DNA of 64,000 nt from a virus. The notes beneath the pieces are model-generated. The model was not told the DNA's origin and did no database searches. It saw only the letters and a list, made by a program, of their open reading frames with translations. Position numbers and translations under genes: made by a program. Shown here in pieces: positions 29,979-39,115 of the stretch. The DNA lies in IMG/VR virus record IMGVR_UViG_3300045988_100580, positions 17,594 through 81,593 of that record, one strand, 5' to 3'. The number at the start of each line of letters is the position of its first letter. The first letter of the stretch is position 1.

Positions 29979-30643
29979 TCGTAGAAGGAAAGAAAGTAGG
30001 CACCATTCCACAGGGCGGGCAATTTATCTTTCTGTCTAAAAAAGAACGGCTGGATTCCATAAGGGTCCAAGGCGGTGTTCCAATGGATGATAGGCAAGAG
30101 ATCGATAGTCAGGTTGATACGACAGAGGAATTGCTTGAACGGGATTCGGTGGTTCTTGCTATTGCTTTAACAACCTCTCCTTATTATGGATTTAGAGTAA
30201 GTGTGATAGCACCTGATGAGTTTACGCTAAGAACAACCAATAGGATTGATAGAATCTTTTTAATAACAAGATTTACTCCACCTGCTGCTATATACGGTGT
30301 AAACTTTGGTGATCCTATTGTCCTTAATTATGATAGTTACCAATATAAGATGCCAGATCTTGTAACTGATGGACCTCATGATAGAATAGTTAGGGCAGAT
30401 CCTAATCTTACTTGGGGTGTAAGATGTGCAGACGCCGACTTTAAACCTTTGCCATATCCAGAATCATGGTTTGGCCAAGGTTTAAATTCTATGTTCTTAT
30501 CAGATATGAAACAAAGTCTTGCTCCTGGTGATCATCATGTATCATATACAGCTTATATTAATTTGGACTTGATAAATGATGGCGGAAGTAAAGTTCATAC
30601 TGAATATCTGATATTAAAAAAAACACTTAATTTTACGATATGA
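29960..30643 (+). CDS. Body of the frameshift-split gene (227 aa as annotated from TTG); full length would be MRRRFENNAKLYEYKIVSNCIGGGVIVEGKK… with G10
   Basis: Long ORF in a frame offset from the ATG 29904 frame. The track's TTG start lies inside that upstream frame. Confidence 0.5.
   Translation: MYRGGVIVEGKKVGTIPQGGQFIFLSKKERLDSIRVQGGVPMDDRQEIDSQVDTTEELLERDSVVLAIALTTSPYYGFRVSVIAPDEFTLRTTNRIDRIFLITRFTPPAAIYGVNFGDPIVLNYDSYQYKMPDLVTDGPHDRIVRADPNLTWGVRCADADFKPLPYPESWFGQGLNSMFLSDMKQSLAPGDHHVSYTAYINLDLINDGGSKVHTEYLILKKTLNFTI
29967..29975 (+). repeat. Homopolymeric G9 tract (candidate slipped-strand phase-variation switch, or sequencing-error hotspot)
   Basis: Nine consecutive G in an AT-rich genome, exactly at the frame junction. 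Confidence 0.8.
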
Positions 30644-30689
30644 CAACAATCCCCAACCGTACGCCTATTGTATGGTTGGGGATTGTTGT
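30643..30689. terminator. 16-bp perfect inverted repeat ACAACAATCCCCAACC / GGTTGGGGATTGTTGT with 15-nt loop, at the point where the two gene blocks converge
   Basis: Perfect 16-bp stem with a T-rich tail on the plus side (CATCTTTTCTT). Likely bidirectional terminator. Confidence 0.6.
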
Positions 30690-30732
30690 AGTTACCATCT
30701 TTTCTTGTATAAGCAGAACATGAAATAAGTTT

Positions 30733-31221
30733 CTAAGCATTAACTTCATGACCTCCCCTATCTGTGAAAACTAAACCAATACCTTCTATGATATGTCCTA
30801 CTACAGGAGCTTTGTCAAATTCCTCCTTCGTAGCCCAAGTAGCATTATCAGGCATAAGATCCTTGAATGCGTCCGAAACATCACCTTGACACCAGCAGTT
30901 ATTTGATGTAACAATGCCTTTCCCTTCGATATTGATATACATTTTTCTTCCACCACATCCAAGGCTGTTCCATCCGCTCGGTACGTTTTCCACCATAGGC
31001 TTAAGCACCCAGCTTACACCGTCTATCCTAACCCATCCAGGATCGTCTTTGTGCTTGTCGTACAAGTTTTGCCAAAAAGAGCATTCGTAGCACCATCCCC
31101 TGTCTTCCATGACAGTTCTTATCTCACTCCTTTCAAATCCATCTGCATCCATCGTGTGCGGAGAATGAGGCTGGTGAGGGGTGCCACATTTTGGACATAC
31201 GAGTTTTAAATTCTTTTCCAT
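30733..31221 (-). CDS. Cys/His-rich hypothetical protein (CPKCG…H…CYECSFW), 162 aa
   Basis: Last gene of the leftward block. Putative zinc-binding. Confidence 0.5.
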   Translation of the reverse strand: MEKNLKLVCPKCGTPHQPHSPHTMDADGFERSEIRTVMEDRGWCYECSFWQNLYDKHKDDPGWVRIDGVSWVLKPMVENVPSGWNSLGCGGRKMYINIEGKGIVTSNNCWCQGDVSDAFKDLMPDNATWATKEEFDKAPVVGHIIEGIGLVFTDRGGHEVNA

Positions 31222-31222
31222 A

Positions 31223-31459
31223 TTATTTAACTTTTACGATCTTAATAGAATCTCCGATATTGTATTCCCCTTGGTATCCAACGAATTTTATAAGCCTATT
31301 ATTATAAAATATTGAAATTCTTTCGTCTTCACCATAATACATTATACCTCCATCTTCTAAAGGACGTAGATCATATATAACCCATCCGTTATTAACCTGA
31401 CTATCATCATGCGAACATGATGATAACACAAGTGCCATCAATAAAATAAAATACCTCAT
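31223..31459 (-). CDS. Small lipoprotein (signal MRYFILLMALVLSSC, lipobox LSSC), 78 aa
   Basis: Hydrophobic h-region followed by Cys at position 15. Confidence 0.5.
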   Translation of the reverse strand: MRYFILLMALVLSSCSHDDSQVNNGWVIYDLRPLEDGGIMYYGEDERISIFYNNRLIKFVGYQGEYNIGDSIKIVKVK

Positions 31460-31466
31460 ATTATTT

Positions 31467-31658
31467 TCAACATAAAAATTTATAACCTGTTTTTACAGCT
31501 TCCGCTTCTTCTCTCGTATCAAACATTAAGGTAGTGACAGCTCCTATTCCTTCACAAACGTAAAACACTTTCACCCACCACCTAAAAACCCCAGAGCCAT
31601 AATCGTCATAGTACGGCTCGGAAAGAACTTCTTCTACATACCCATCTAAGTAATTCAT
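31467..31658 (-). CDS. Hypothetical protein, 63 aa
   Basis: ORF track. Confidence 0.4.
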   Translation of the reverse strand: MNYLDGYVEEVLSEPYYDDYGSGVFRWWVKVFYVCEGIGAVTTLMFDTREEAEAVKTGYKFLC

Positions 31659-31663
31659 GATCG

Positions 31664-32368
31664 TTACTCCTTATTTTTAGATTCTGCTTCTTCGAGTATG
31701 CTAATTACTTTGTCAACAATATCTGAATCGGACATCTTCTCAATAAAAACATCCATTGCCTTAGTTATGTCATTGGCTTCTTTTTCTTCAAAAGCTATTT
31801 CTCCACCGGTAATAGCATCAGATAATGATGTAGATAAGTGTCTTATCTTATCAATGCTCATAAACGTAAATGGATTACCACCTTGACCTCCACCCATTTC
31901 TTTCATGATCTGATATCCACCTGAAATAAGTCTGCCTGATGTCGTGGCCAAGGAGGATACGATTAGGGACAGTACCGCCACCTCCGTCCGCTCCTCGGAT
32001 ACACCCCTCGACCACACGGCTGCCCTTATAGCGCCGGCCAGGTCGTCTATGTATGGCATGAGGTAATCTTCCATCGCTTGTGTTATATCAGCTATAACCT
32101 CACTACGCTCTTTATTTATGTAGTAGATAGAAGCATTGTACTTCTTTATCTCTTTGTCCATATCATTTAAAAGACGCTTGATATTGTGCTTATACATAGG
32201 ACTGGTTTTAATTACTTCCTTTAGCTTAAGAATGTAATTATAAGCCTGGTCATTTACGAACAACGTCATGGTTTCAACCGTTGAATGAAGCGTGTTGAGG
32301 CTGTTAAGAATCTTATCGAAATTGTTTATCAAATAAGCTTTTCTGGCTTTTGCTGCATAGTTAATCAT
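31664..32368 (-). CDS. Hypothetical protein, 234 aa
   Basis: ORF track; no motif. Confidence 0.5.
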   Translation of the reverse strand: MINYAAKARKAYLINNFDKILNSLNTLHSTVETMTLFVNDQAYNYILKLKEVIKTSPMYKHNIKRLLNDMDKEIKKYNASIYYINKERSEVIADITQAMEDYLMPYIDDLAGAIRAAVWSRGVSEERTEVAVLSLIVSSLATTSGRLISGGYQIMKEMGGGQGGNPFTFMSIDKIRHLSTSLSDAITGGEIAFEEKEANDITKAMDVFIEKMSDSDIVDKVISILEEAESKNKE

Positions 32369-32903
32369 CGCATTCGAATTTTAGATTTTCAAGTTCATGT
32401 ATTTGTAACCTAAGAGACTTAATTAAATTCGTTCTCTGTTCCTCTGCATGTTTTAAAGCCTCTTCCTTGCTTTCAAAAGCACAATCCCCTATCTGATAAG
32501 GGGTGTAACGACCAGGAGTGTCGGCTAATAAAAGACCACCACAATCTTCTATTCTGGCTTTTACCTTTCTTATTTTCCCATCTTTTAGACACATGTCTGT
32601 AACCCATACGAATTTACCATATAATTTATCATACTCTTCTGATCTCTCTTCTTGCAATTCATACCATTTAGGCTTAGGAAATCTTAATGTGAATTTAACC
32701 TCAGTATCTTTTTCTAAGACATTAATATCGTATGCTTCCGGCCACAGCTCTTTTATGCTGTCTTCGTCTTCGGCATACGCTACAAGTATGAATGAATCAT
32801 CGGATTCACCACTACACCAATATGGATATTTTATAGGCCATTTGACTGGACGGTAGTCGTTACCGCAGTCGGATTTTTTAATGTAAAATCTTGCTCTAAT
32901 CAT
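32361..32903 (-). CDS. Hypothetical protein, 180 aa
   Basis: ORF track. Confidence 0.5.
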   Translation of the reverse strand: MIRARFYIKKSDCGNDYRPVKWPIKYPYWCSGESDDSFILVAYAEDEDSIKELWPEAYDINVLEKDTEVKFTLRFPKPKWYELQEERSEEYDKLYGKFVWVTDMCLKDGKIRKVKARIEDCGGLLLADTPGRYTPYQIGDCAFESKEEALKHAEEQRTNLIKSLRLQIHELENLKFECDD

Positions 32904-32910
32904 ATCGTTA

Positions 32911-33222
32911 TTAATCTGATAATTTTTCTATTTTAATTAATTTTGATGATAGATACATATTCCATTTCCCTCTGCCTTTGTCACCTTTTTCGTTTTGTTT
33001 TTGGATTGTCAAGTACAGATCTCCGTCTTCACATACTTCAACTTTTTTCAAGAAGCCTATCATTTCATCTCCTGCTTCGTGTAAAATACGGATCTTATCT
33101 CCTTCTTTTAACCCATAATTGGAATCAAAGTATTCTTTTTTGATTCTATCAATGTTGTCTTTATGGTTTTTTATAGCATAAAGCTCTTTTCTTAATAAAT
33201 AATTTAGTTGTTCTATTGTCAT
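32911..33222 (-). CDS. Hypothetical protein, 103 aa
   Basis: ORF track. Confidence 0.45.
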   Translation of the reverse strand: MTIEQLNYLLRKELYAIKNHKDNIDRIKKEYFDSNYGLKEGDKIRILHEAGDEMIGFLKKVEVCEDGDLYLTIQKQNEKGDKGRGKWNMYLSSKLIKIEKLSD

Positions 33223-33776
33223 TTCTTTTCCTCCTTATTTAATGGTATTAATCCTTTCCCGTGCTTATCATACCACAGCATAGCTATACAATTCCATGCA
33301 CATTGTGCAAGATGAAAAGCTCCTGTATCTGAGTCTATTCTTTCCCCTTTCATGTATTCCATTAGGTGTCTGGCAGCCGCAGCACGATACCGTTCAAACC
33401 CGTTGTCAAGGTTCTGCCATTTATTGGGTCCGTACTTCTTTGCGCCAGCATGATAGACTCTTACAATGTCTTCAATCTCTTCCATAGGAAGTAAATCCCA
33501 TCGTAGTTTGTCGTCTATGATGTCATTTTTCACCGATTTGTTTTCTATGGGGTCTTTGGTAAGAATAATACCCATAATATCCGTTTCTATAACGAACGTC
33601 TCCCCATTGCAACAAACCTCAGCATATTTATCATTTACTTCTATGTCTGATACTGCCTCCGCTATAGCTCCTTTGGCGACTTTAAATTCGGCACTGATTA
33701 TATCATCTTTCAATATGCGAAAAATAGATCCTTTTGGATAAAGGATATTTTTAGTATTATCATCCATCTTTTCCAT
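33219..33776 (-). CDS. dATP/dGTP pyrophosphohydrolase-like (MazG-like) protein
   Basis: Motif KKYGPNKWQN…FERYRAAAARHLMEYMKGERIDSDTGAFHLAQCAWNCIAML matches the phage dNTP diphosphohydrolase N-domain pattern (KYG..NW…RH…D.ESG..HLAH). Confidence 0.55.
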   Translation of the reverse strand: MEKMDDNTKNILYPKGSIFRILKDDIISAEFKVAKGAIAEAVSDIEVNDKYAEVCCNGETFVIETDIMGIILTKDPIENKSVKNDIIDDKLRWDLLPMEEIEDIVRVYHAGAKKYGPNKWQNLDNGFERYRAAAARHLMEYMKGERIDSDTGAFHLAQCAWNCIAMLWYDKHGKGLIPLNKEEKK

Positions 33777-33828
33777 TGTTTTATCGTTGTTTTACCTCAT
33801 TTCGATAGTAATATAATCCATCTTCGTC

Positions 33829-34116
33829 TTATACCCTATCATTTCTGTTTTTCTCAAAATACTGTCTTACGGCTTCAATCGCCTTATCGTCATCAAAAGC
33901 CTCTACAAACCCCTCATAGAATCTATTTCGCTCCATAGAGAACGTATTGCTTCCATCCGGAATGGTTCTGAACACAACTACCTTCTCTCCATCTACGTTC
34001 GTTCCTATGATGTTGTTATGGAGAATAATAGAATACCGCCCAGAGTTTTTGTTCTGGACGACACTATGTTCGAGATTGTAGAGTCTAAGTAGTTCTCTTA
34101 TTTCTTTTACTCCCAT
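33829..34116 (-). CDS. Hypothetical protein, 95 aa
   Basis: ORF track. Confidence 0.45.
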   Translation of the reverse strand: MGVKEIRELLRLYNLEHSVVQNKNSGRYSIILHNNIIGTNVDGEKVVVFRTIPDGSNTFSMERNRFYEGFVEAFDDDKAIEAVRQYFEKNRNDRV

Positions 34117-34117
34117 A

Positions 34118-34834
34118 TTATTTTACGTTTTTAGAAGTTACAGCCTCTTCTCCCCATTTCTTTACATATATAGATCTCATCATGTTCATTAAATTAGAGA
34201 AAGAAGAGATGGTTCCCATTTCTATACAAAATGCAAGATTAGATTGAAGCATTTCAAGTTCTTTTAACTGCTCTTGAGTTGCTCTGTTATCTAAAACATA
34301 TTTATGTTTATTGAATACAATCCAGTTTAACTTATCAGCCATTTCTATATAATCAACATCTTCAAATTTTGATACAGACCTTGAAAGAGTATTGTATTTA
34401 TCCCCTATCTCTATTCTATCCAAAATAAGTTTATCATTTAACCATCCAGTAACTTCTGCATACAGCATAGGATTTAATTCTATAGCGACTAATACCCATA
34501 TGTAGGGATCACACATAACATTTCTGTTTGTTCCTCTTCCTGTAGTCTTATAGGCATTATACCACTTCATTACTTTTATCAAAGAGTTGTTTTCCACTAT
34601 ATCCATAAACTCTTTCAAGGTTTCACTTTTTATGTATTTCTGTTTTTTAAGAATATAAAATATCCTTTCTGCACTCTCCTTGTTCGAAAGAATATTTTCT
34701 ATTCTCTTATCATTCCACCCCATCTCCACTCTTTTTCTTGTATATGCCTCTTGTAATCCAGTTAATGACATAAAGGAAGTTTTAATGTCCTGTCTGATTA
34801 CCACTCCATACAATAACCTGTCTTTAGAAATCAT
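34118..34834 (-). CDS. KilA-N domain DNA-binding protein (putative antirepressor-like)
   Basis: N-terminal about 135 aa ends in GRGTNRNVMCDPYIWVLVAIELNPMLYAEVTGWL, which resembles the KilA-N C-terminal signature (GTWVHPDLA.EFA.WLSPEF). Confidence 0.45.
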   Translation of the reverse strand: MISKDRLLYGVVIRQDIKTSFMSLTGLQEAYTRKRVEMGWNDKRIENILSNKESAERIFYILKKQKYIKSETLKEFMDIVENNSLIKVMKWYNAYKTTGRGTNRNVMCDPYIWVLVAIELNPMLYAEVTGWLNDKLILDRIEIGDKYNTLSRSVSKFEDVDYIEMADKLNWIVFNKHKYVLDNRATQEQLKELEMLQSNLAFCIEMGTISSFSNLMNMMRSIYVKKWGEEAVTSKNVK

Positions 34835-34954
34835 AACTTTTAAATTATTTAATAAAATACGCTTGTATTAAAATTACACGACGTAAAAATATAGATTGTG
34901 TAACTTTAATACAAGCGTATTGTGTTAAATTTTACTTATAGTGTTTTTATAGAC

Positions 34955-35311
34955 TCACATTATTCCTTCTAAATTTACTTTTATAGAACCATTTATGGTT
35001 TTAATGCTCCCATCTATGGTTGAAATCACATCATCTATATCATTTATAATGCCTTCCATGTCATCAACCACCTCCTCCATATCAGTTACAGCCCGATCTG
35101 ATTCCCAATATCTTTCTGAGTCTTGTAACGATTCCGGTATATTATCTCTCGCCTCCGTCTCTTCATCTAAAATCATATCAATATCATCTTTGGCTGAATT
35201 TATGTTGTGCTTTAACTCCGATAACTTTGATTTGATGTATTCAAAATCTGTTTTATACTTATTTGCGTTTTTGATAACATCTGATATTTTTTTTCTTCTC
35301 TTGTTGTTCAT
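34955..35311 (-). CDS. Hypothetical acidic coiled-coil protein, 118 aa
   Basis: ORF track. Confidence 0.45.
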   Translation of the reverse strand: MNNKRRKKISDVIKNANKYKTDFEYIKSKLSELKHNINSAKDDIDMILDEETEARDNIPESLQDSERYWESDRAVTDMEEVVDDMEGIINDIDDVISTIDGSIKTINGSIKVNLEGIM

Positions 35312-36729
35312 GCTTTTATCCTATTATAATATTCGATAATCTTTTCTTTCCTATCTCCCGGTTTTACTGCCATATTCTCAGCCAAGAACCTAAAATACGA
35401 CACCGGTATGTCCTTGAATCTAATTCCTTCATATTTTCCAAACCACATTATTATACTGTCAAGATCGTCTTCTCTCCTACCATCTCCATTCACAGATTTA
35501 AGAGAAGCTGCCCGGCGAAGGATTTCGTCTTTGGTAATAATATCCCCCATCCTTATATTGGATAGAAGCTGATTGCCGGCAAACATACACCAGCCCTTAG
35601 AAGGAAATTGTTCGATCGTTAAATCTTCTATCCGGCCGAAACGCCTCATGTTGTCGCAGCAATCAACTATCAGTGCCTCTTTCTTGTCAGGATGAATACG
35701 AACGCACCTGCCGAGCACCTGGTAATATGTTGAATATGAGAATGTTGGGCGCCCAAACATCACACAATCAAGTTCGGGAAAATCAAATCCGGTAGCAAGC
35801 GTTGAATAATTAAAAACCACCTTCAACTTACCTTCTTTGAAATCGGATATGATTTGTTCTCTTTTCTTTTTGGTTGTTAGCGATGTTACGACGCCGGTTA
35901 TGGCTCCCATCCTGGCATTCATGAACTCTGATATTCTATTACATGATTCGATAGAATCCATGCAAACCAAAATGGCTTTACGCTCGTTCATAAGCTGAAG
36001 AAGACGCTTATAGATAGAGTTGTTTAAGCCATTTCGTACAATACTTTCTTTAATAGATTCGTTGGTGTATTCGGCCCCGGTACTGTTTAACATCAGAGCC
36101 GATTCATCAAAAGACCATCGTTCGTACTTAAGTGGGCACCAAAACCCTTGAGAAGTTAGCTCTTGTATTTGAGTTACGTGAACTATCTTCTTAAAGAAGT
36201 TATGCTCGTCTTTCGTCAGCATATTGAGCTTGCTATAGTTCCCTTCCAGCATGGAACTGTAGGTTCGGAGGCGGCAGGGAGTGGCGGTGAAGCCCAGTAC
36301 CTTCGCCTCTGGAAACCCGTTCATAAACTCCATAAATTCAGAACCTTCTTCAGGAGAATATCCTGAATGACATTCGTCTATCAATAAGGTATCTATCCCT
36401 ATATCCTTCAACCTCGCTACATCTTTCTTTATGCTCTTTAATGTTGCATAAGTCATAGCCGACAGCTCCTTTATACCACATGAAGCAGAATATATAGTAG
36501 GTTTAGAACCGAATGATACGGCCTTTGCATAATTCTGCTCCAGAATCTCTTTTGAGGGCTGTAATACTAATGTCGGTCTATTTATTTCATGTGCTATCTT
36601 GGATATCAGAAGGCTCTTTCCACATCCGCATGGGGCTACGATTATGCCAGGCTTCTTAGATCTTCCTGTAAGAAACTTAAGCCCGGCATCTACTGCCTCT
36701 TTTTGGTAAGGTCTAAGTTCAAAGCCCAT
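35308..36729 (-). CDS. Superfamily-2 DEAD/DEAH-box (type III restriction-res-like) DNA helicase with a small C-terminal FGKYEG…IPVSYFRFL domain
   Basis: Walker A APCGCGKS, motif II DECH, motif VI-like QVLGRCVR. C-terminal MWFGKYEGIRFKDIPVSYFRFLAEN resembles the QSregVF_b-type phage C-terminal module. Confidence 0.8.
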   Translation of the reverse strand: MGFELRPYQKEAVDAGLKFLTGRSKKPGIIVAPCGCGKSLLISKIAHEINRPTLVLQPSKEILEQNYAKAVSFGSKPTIYSASCGIKELSAMTYATLKSIKKDVARLKDIGIDTLLIDECHSGYSPEEGSEFMEFMNGFPEAKVLGFTATPCRLRTYSSMLEGNYSKLNMLTKDEHNFFKKIVHVTQIQELTSQGFWCPLKYERWSFDESALMLNSTGAEYTNESIKESIVRNGLNNSIYKRLLQLMNERKAILVCMDSIESCNRISEFMNARMGAITGVVTSLTTKKKREQIISDFKEGKLKVVFNYSTLATGFDFPELDCVMFGRPTFSYSTYYQVLGRCVRIHPDKKEALIVDCCDNMRRFGRIEDLTIEQFPSKGWCMFAGNQLLSNIRMGDIITKDEILRRAASLKSVNGDGRREDDLDSIIMWFGKYEGIRFKDIPVSYFRFLAENMAVKPGDRKEKIIEYYNRIKA

Positions 36730-37096
36730 CGCAATCTATTTTACTGTTTTTTGAAAGTTCTATTATCGCCTCTTTCAACATTTCCCTTGCTTTATTCTCA
36801 TTATCTTCGAGCAAGCATACACTGCACGATATGCCCATACGATCTCCATAAGCCTCGGCATTACCTAATGTGAATGCGCAGCAGTAATCATAATCCATGT
36901 TTTTTGCTACGGCAATAAACTGATTATCTTCTATCAGTACAGCATATTCAGCATCAGTTTCACACATGATAATGGCTTTATCTTTTTTTATAGACAATAC
37001 CTTGTTTCTGAAAAGTCCGTTATAAATCCATAGTTCCTTTCCTGCATTTTTATAAAACGCAACCATATCTTCCTTGATTGTAACTTCTTTTTTCAT
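36719..37096 (-). CDS. Hypothetical protein, 125 aa
   Basis: ORF track. Confidence 0.45.
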   Translation of the reverse strand: MKKEVTIKEDMVAFYKNAGKELWIYNGLFRNKVLSIKKDKAIIMCETDAEYAVLIEDNQFIAVAKNMDYDYCCAFTLGNAEAYGDRMGISCSVCLLEDNENKAREMLKEAIIELSKNSKIDCDGL

Positions 37097-37099
37097 GAC

Positions 37100-37420
37100 T
37101 TACTTGTGTTTAACATCAGTAATTAAAACATATCTTTTAACAATATCTTCAAGCTCCATAGAAAATAATAAAGTTGGGCTTTTTCCGTACTCGTACAGAG
37201 CGAACCCTTCCTTTATGTCTAATATCTTAATCACATGCTTGCCTCTTTCAAATGGATCCATGAAGTAGCCTTCGTATTCGTATCTTTGACCGACTTTTAT
37301 TTTGTCGGTCTTCTTCTTCATCTTATACCGATCTATTGCCATGCTTATTTTTATAAGAATCGTTACAAACAAGTATAATAATAAAAAGGCCGCTGCTCCT
37401 GCTATCAATACTTCTTTCAT
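37100..37420 (-). CDS. Small membrane protein (N-terminal TM), 106 aa
   Basis: Hydrophobic segment AGAAAFLLLYLFVTILI. Confidence 0.45.
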   Translation of the reverse strand: MKEVLIAGAAAFLLLYLFVTILIKISMAIDRYKMKKKTDKIKVGQRYEYEGYFMDPFERGKHVIKILDIKEGFALYEYGKSPTLLFSMELEDIVKRYVLITDVKHK

Positions 37421-37590
37421 TGCACCTCTTTTAAGTAGTTAAACCATATATCCTCCAGTCTTTCCTGAAGCTCAAATGCTTTCTTAAAATTCCCGCTTCT
37501 TACAGCAACGTCTCTCATGTATTCTACGTTTATAACCTCCGGATCTTGCCGGTATTTTGTTCTTAACTTTTGAACATCCTCGTATTTCAT
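37417..37590 (-). CDS. Small hypothetical protein, 57 aa (MKYEDVQKLRTKYRQDPEV…), ATGA-coupled to both neighbours
   Basis: Hand translation; not in the track. Confidence 0.35.
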   Translation of the reverse strand: MKYEDVQKLRTKYRQDPEVINVEYMRDVAVRSGNFKKAFELQERLEDIWFNYLKEVQ

Positions 37591-38606
37591 CGCTTTATTT
37601 TTTTAGACGGATCCCAATCTGAAGAGAAAGGGCATTCGTTTTTGTTATGTAATCCAAAGTCACAATAATAACACAGTGCTGACGGGCAGGGCAGCTTGTT
37701 TTGCGAAACAGGCTGGCTTAGGGTGGCACGCCGCTTGCTATACCTGGCTTCTTCTGCTCCCTGGATGTACGCTTGAAATGTTTTTACACTATTATCTTCA
37801 AAATCATACATTTTAGACAAAGTGTCATTTAGCATTTCTATAGATTTTGTTTTACGCTCTTCATCTATCTTAACCTTTTGGTACTGCCTGGTTCTGGTAA
37901 AGAAATAGATGTTCATATCTGGCAGAACTCCACCATATTTTCTATAGATGTAAAATGAATATATAGGATGCTGTAAATTCGTTTCCAACTTCTTAGAATC
38001 AAAAATCTTATTCCCTGATTTCCAATCTATGACATAATGGTGAACTACGTTCTTGCTCTTTATAGCCAGATGAAGGTCTACCGATCCTACTATGTACACA
38101 TGAGTATGAATTACTCCATTTATATCAACAGGCTTAGGAAGACGGTACGGCAGCACAAAATCTTCTTCGACTCCAACTATAGCGCCGTGTCTGATAAGTT
38201 TCTCACAGGGATTAAGATCACTATCAGCTATCATAAACCTATTCCCGTCTTTTTTAAACAGATCCACAATCCAAGCAAGAAGCTCCCCAGATTGTTTCAT
38301 GGCTATCATCATATTTTCCGGTGATAGCCAAGGTATGTCTTCTTGGTAAGCATAGTAACTTATTGCTTCTCCAAGGTCTTTACCAGAAGGCTGTCTTCCG
38401 TTCTTGAAGAAGTGTTCCAGTGTCTTATGAATAACCGTACCATAAGACGTAGCTTCTTGTTTTTCCGTAGACCTTTTGCCCTCCACGTAAGTTTTATACC
38501 ATTTCATTGGACAAGTAAGAAACGTATCTATCTGGGAATAAGATATGGCAAGACGTTTCACACCATTAAACTCCTTATATAGCAAATGCGTTTCCGGGAC
38601 CATCAT
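37587..38606 (-). CDS. PD-(D/E)XK nuclease, Cas4/RecB-like, with a C-terminal 4-Cys (Fe-S type) cluster
   Basis: YSQIDTFLTCPMKWY N-motif, catalytic VIDWKSG (D-x-K), C-terminal CPSALCYYCDFG…NECPF. Confidence 0.7.
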   Translation of the reverse strand: MMVPETHLLYKEFNGVKRLAISYSQIDTFLTCPMKWYKTYVEGKRSTEKQEATSYGTVIHKTLEHFFKNGRQPSGKDLGEAISYYAYQEDIPWLSPENMMIAMKQSGELLAWIVDLFKKDGNRFMIADSDLNPCEKLIRHGAIVGVEEDFVLPYRLPKPVDINGVIHTHVYIVGSVDLHLAIKSKNVVHHYVIDWKSGNKIFDSKKLETNLQHPIYSFYIYRKYGGVLPDMNIYFFTRTRQYQKVKIDEERKTKSIEMLNDTLSKMYDFEDNSVKTFQAYIQGAEEARYSKRRATLSQPVSQNKLPCPSALCYYCDFGLHNKNECPFSSDWDPSKKIKR

Positions 38607-38908
38607 AAGTCATTGTCTTTAAATCCTTCCGGGTAATATACGACATACTTCTTACCGTCTTCTGGTGTCATGGCAAACTGCATGTAGTTATTACGATTAC
38701 GATGCTTGCCATCCAATCCTCGTTTCCAATACAGGATACCGTCTATATCCACATAAGATCGGCCGCGGTCGGCTCTAACCACGTCCGTGTGTAGCAGATA
38801 CCCGTCGGAAGACACAATCCACACTTTATCCCCTTTGCTTAAATAAGATATTCTTTTTCTTACAACAACCCTTTTCTTATTATCCAATACAAATTCCTCG
38901 TCAGTCAT
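38603..38908 (-). CDS. Hypothetical protein; probable start at the internal ATG (MTDEEFVL…) preceded by GAGGAGG. The track extends the ORF to 38962
   Basis: SD-like CCTCCTC at forward 38918-38924, 10 nt upstream of ATG 38908. Confidence 0.45.
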   Translation of the reverse strand: MTDEEFVLDNKKRVVVRKRISYLSKGDKVWIVSSDGYLLHTDVVRADRGRSYVDIDGILYWKRGLDGKHRNRNNYMQFAMTPEDGKKYVVYYPEGFKDNDL

Positions 38909-39115
38909 ACTCTTCATCCTCCTCTTCTTCTGTTTCAAAATCGATTCCATAATACTGATCATAATGCTTGGTCAGTTCTTCTGGTTCTAAATCTTGTCCA
39001 AAATCCATGTTAAAAATATCGTAATTAGTAAAGCACTGTTCCTGCCGGCAGGAAATCTATGAATGCTGCTTTTATTTCTTCAATTAGGCCCAAGTGTAAC
39101 CCTGGGCCATTGTAT

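Noticed and set aside
38901-39009. Small acidic ORF between the flotillin gene and gene 38603
   Set aside because: My hand translation gave a frame and length inconsistency, so it could not be verified without tools.
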